NCBI GenBank assembly: GCA_976226885.1
Contig: OZ320315.1
Location: 50,406,001-50,470,000, forward strand
Source of the DNA: Iphione sp. A-MEVVRFRX5
Taxonomy: Eukaryota
Direction of reading: 5' to 3'
Length of the DNA: 64,000 nt
Position numbers and translations under genes: made by a program. Of this stretch, positions 63,201 to 64,000 are shown one piece after another (within the stretch, counting starts at the first letter, position 1; each line of letters starts with the position of its first letter). The notes under the pieces are model-generated. The model did not search any database, had not been told where the DNA came from, and saw nothing but the letters and a program-made list of their open reading frames with translations.

Positions 63201-64000
63201 CTGCCAATGCATTTTCATAAATGATTTAGATCTGGTTTTATTACTCCACCGTAGGTAATATTCAGAAAATGACAACAAGTACCCGTGTGCCTGGCAGGAA
63301 AGATTAGAATTTATGGCAGAAACAGCTCATTTTCTGTTACATATATATTTTCCAGCTCGAACTCATTTCATGGTTAGACCTCTGAAAATCTCGGTTTTAT
63401 CGCCCTAACACTTCCACTTCACACTGTCCTAGCGTCAGACGCATAGGCCTTCCCATGAAAACCAATTAATAGCCCATATTCGCTGGCGGTGGTGATAACG
63501 GATCTGAGAGGAAGTCTTGACGCATTTGCAGTGATGAGACAGTTGGTGTCTGATTGGTACCGTGTGATGCATAAAGGTTTGATGGCGTTGATGTTACAAG
63601 TGACAACGCCACAGACTCATGTCCAACACTTTCAGTAACGTGCGATCTAAATAGGGGAGGTTGAGGGATTGCAGTAATTCTGCATCATCACTTGGTAAAT
63701 CCACGTTTAAAGGTTTTCATGTATTAACGCACGACAGTCATATTTTGAATTGCATTTGTGTAATTTGACATGAATTTGTGTTTTCGTCGTTTTAATGGTT
63801 GTCCTCTTTTTTTTTGTGAAAGAACCCGCAATATATATCTTCTCGAAAGTTCTTTGGCCTGATCCCTTATTTTCGTTCATTGCTAACATACCATACGTGG
63901 GCATTCTCACGTTATGCTGTTATCATAATGTGTGGTTATCATTTGCCGGTCCGCACTTTAATATAAGGATTCTATCAAAATGAGGAACTCCTTGAAAGGG

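Noticed and set aside
1-64000. Remaining 60-165 aa ORFs in the track; CRISPR arrays, rRNA, tRNA, operons
   Set aside because: This is eukaryotic intronic and intergenic DNA. The short ORFs lack recognisable motifs, and no spacer-repeat arrays or structural RNA signatures were seen.

Overview
This is AT-rich (about 40% GC), intron-rich invertebrate animal DNA. Composition, intron sizes and the TE set suggest amphioxus (Branchiostoma), which is an inference only. Bases 1600-21065 (+) hold the 3' 20 coding exons of a NEK9 orthologue. I assembled them by hand into one in-frame GT-AG chain of 2290 nt: kinase C-lobe, RCC1 repeats, NEK6/7-docking region, coiled coil, stop. The 5' exons lie upstream of the window. 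In 21-64 kb I recognised no host protein-coding gene. That part holds decayed transposons (a CR1/L2 3' fragment, a piggyBac transposase relic that appears to carry introns, a probable Crypton tyrosine-recombinase relic), MITEs, microsatellites and several CpG- and homeodomain-motif-rich blocks that look like enhancers. The best leads are (1) a duplicated NEK6/7-docking motif built on a skippable symmetric exon, (2) the Crypton-like and intron-bearing piggyBac relics, and (3) a strong excess of TACATGTA, the classic Tc1-type excision footprint. Protein-family assignments come from remembered motifs, not database searches. No tRNA, rRNA or CRISPR array was found.
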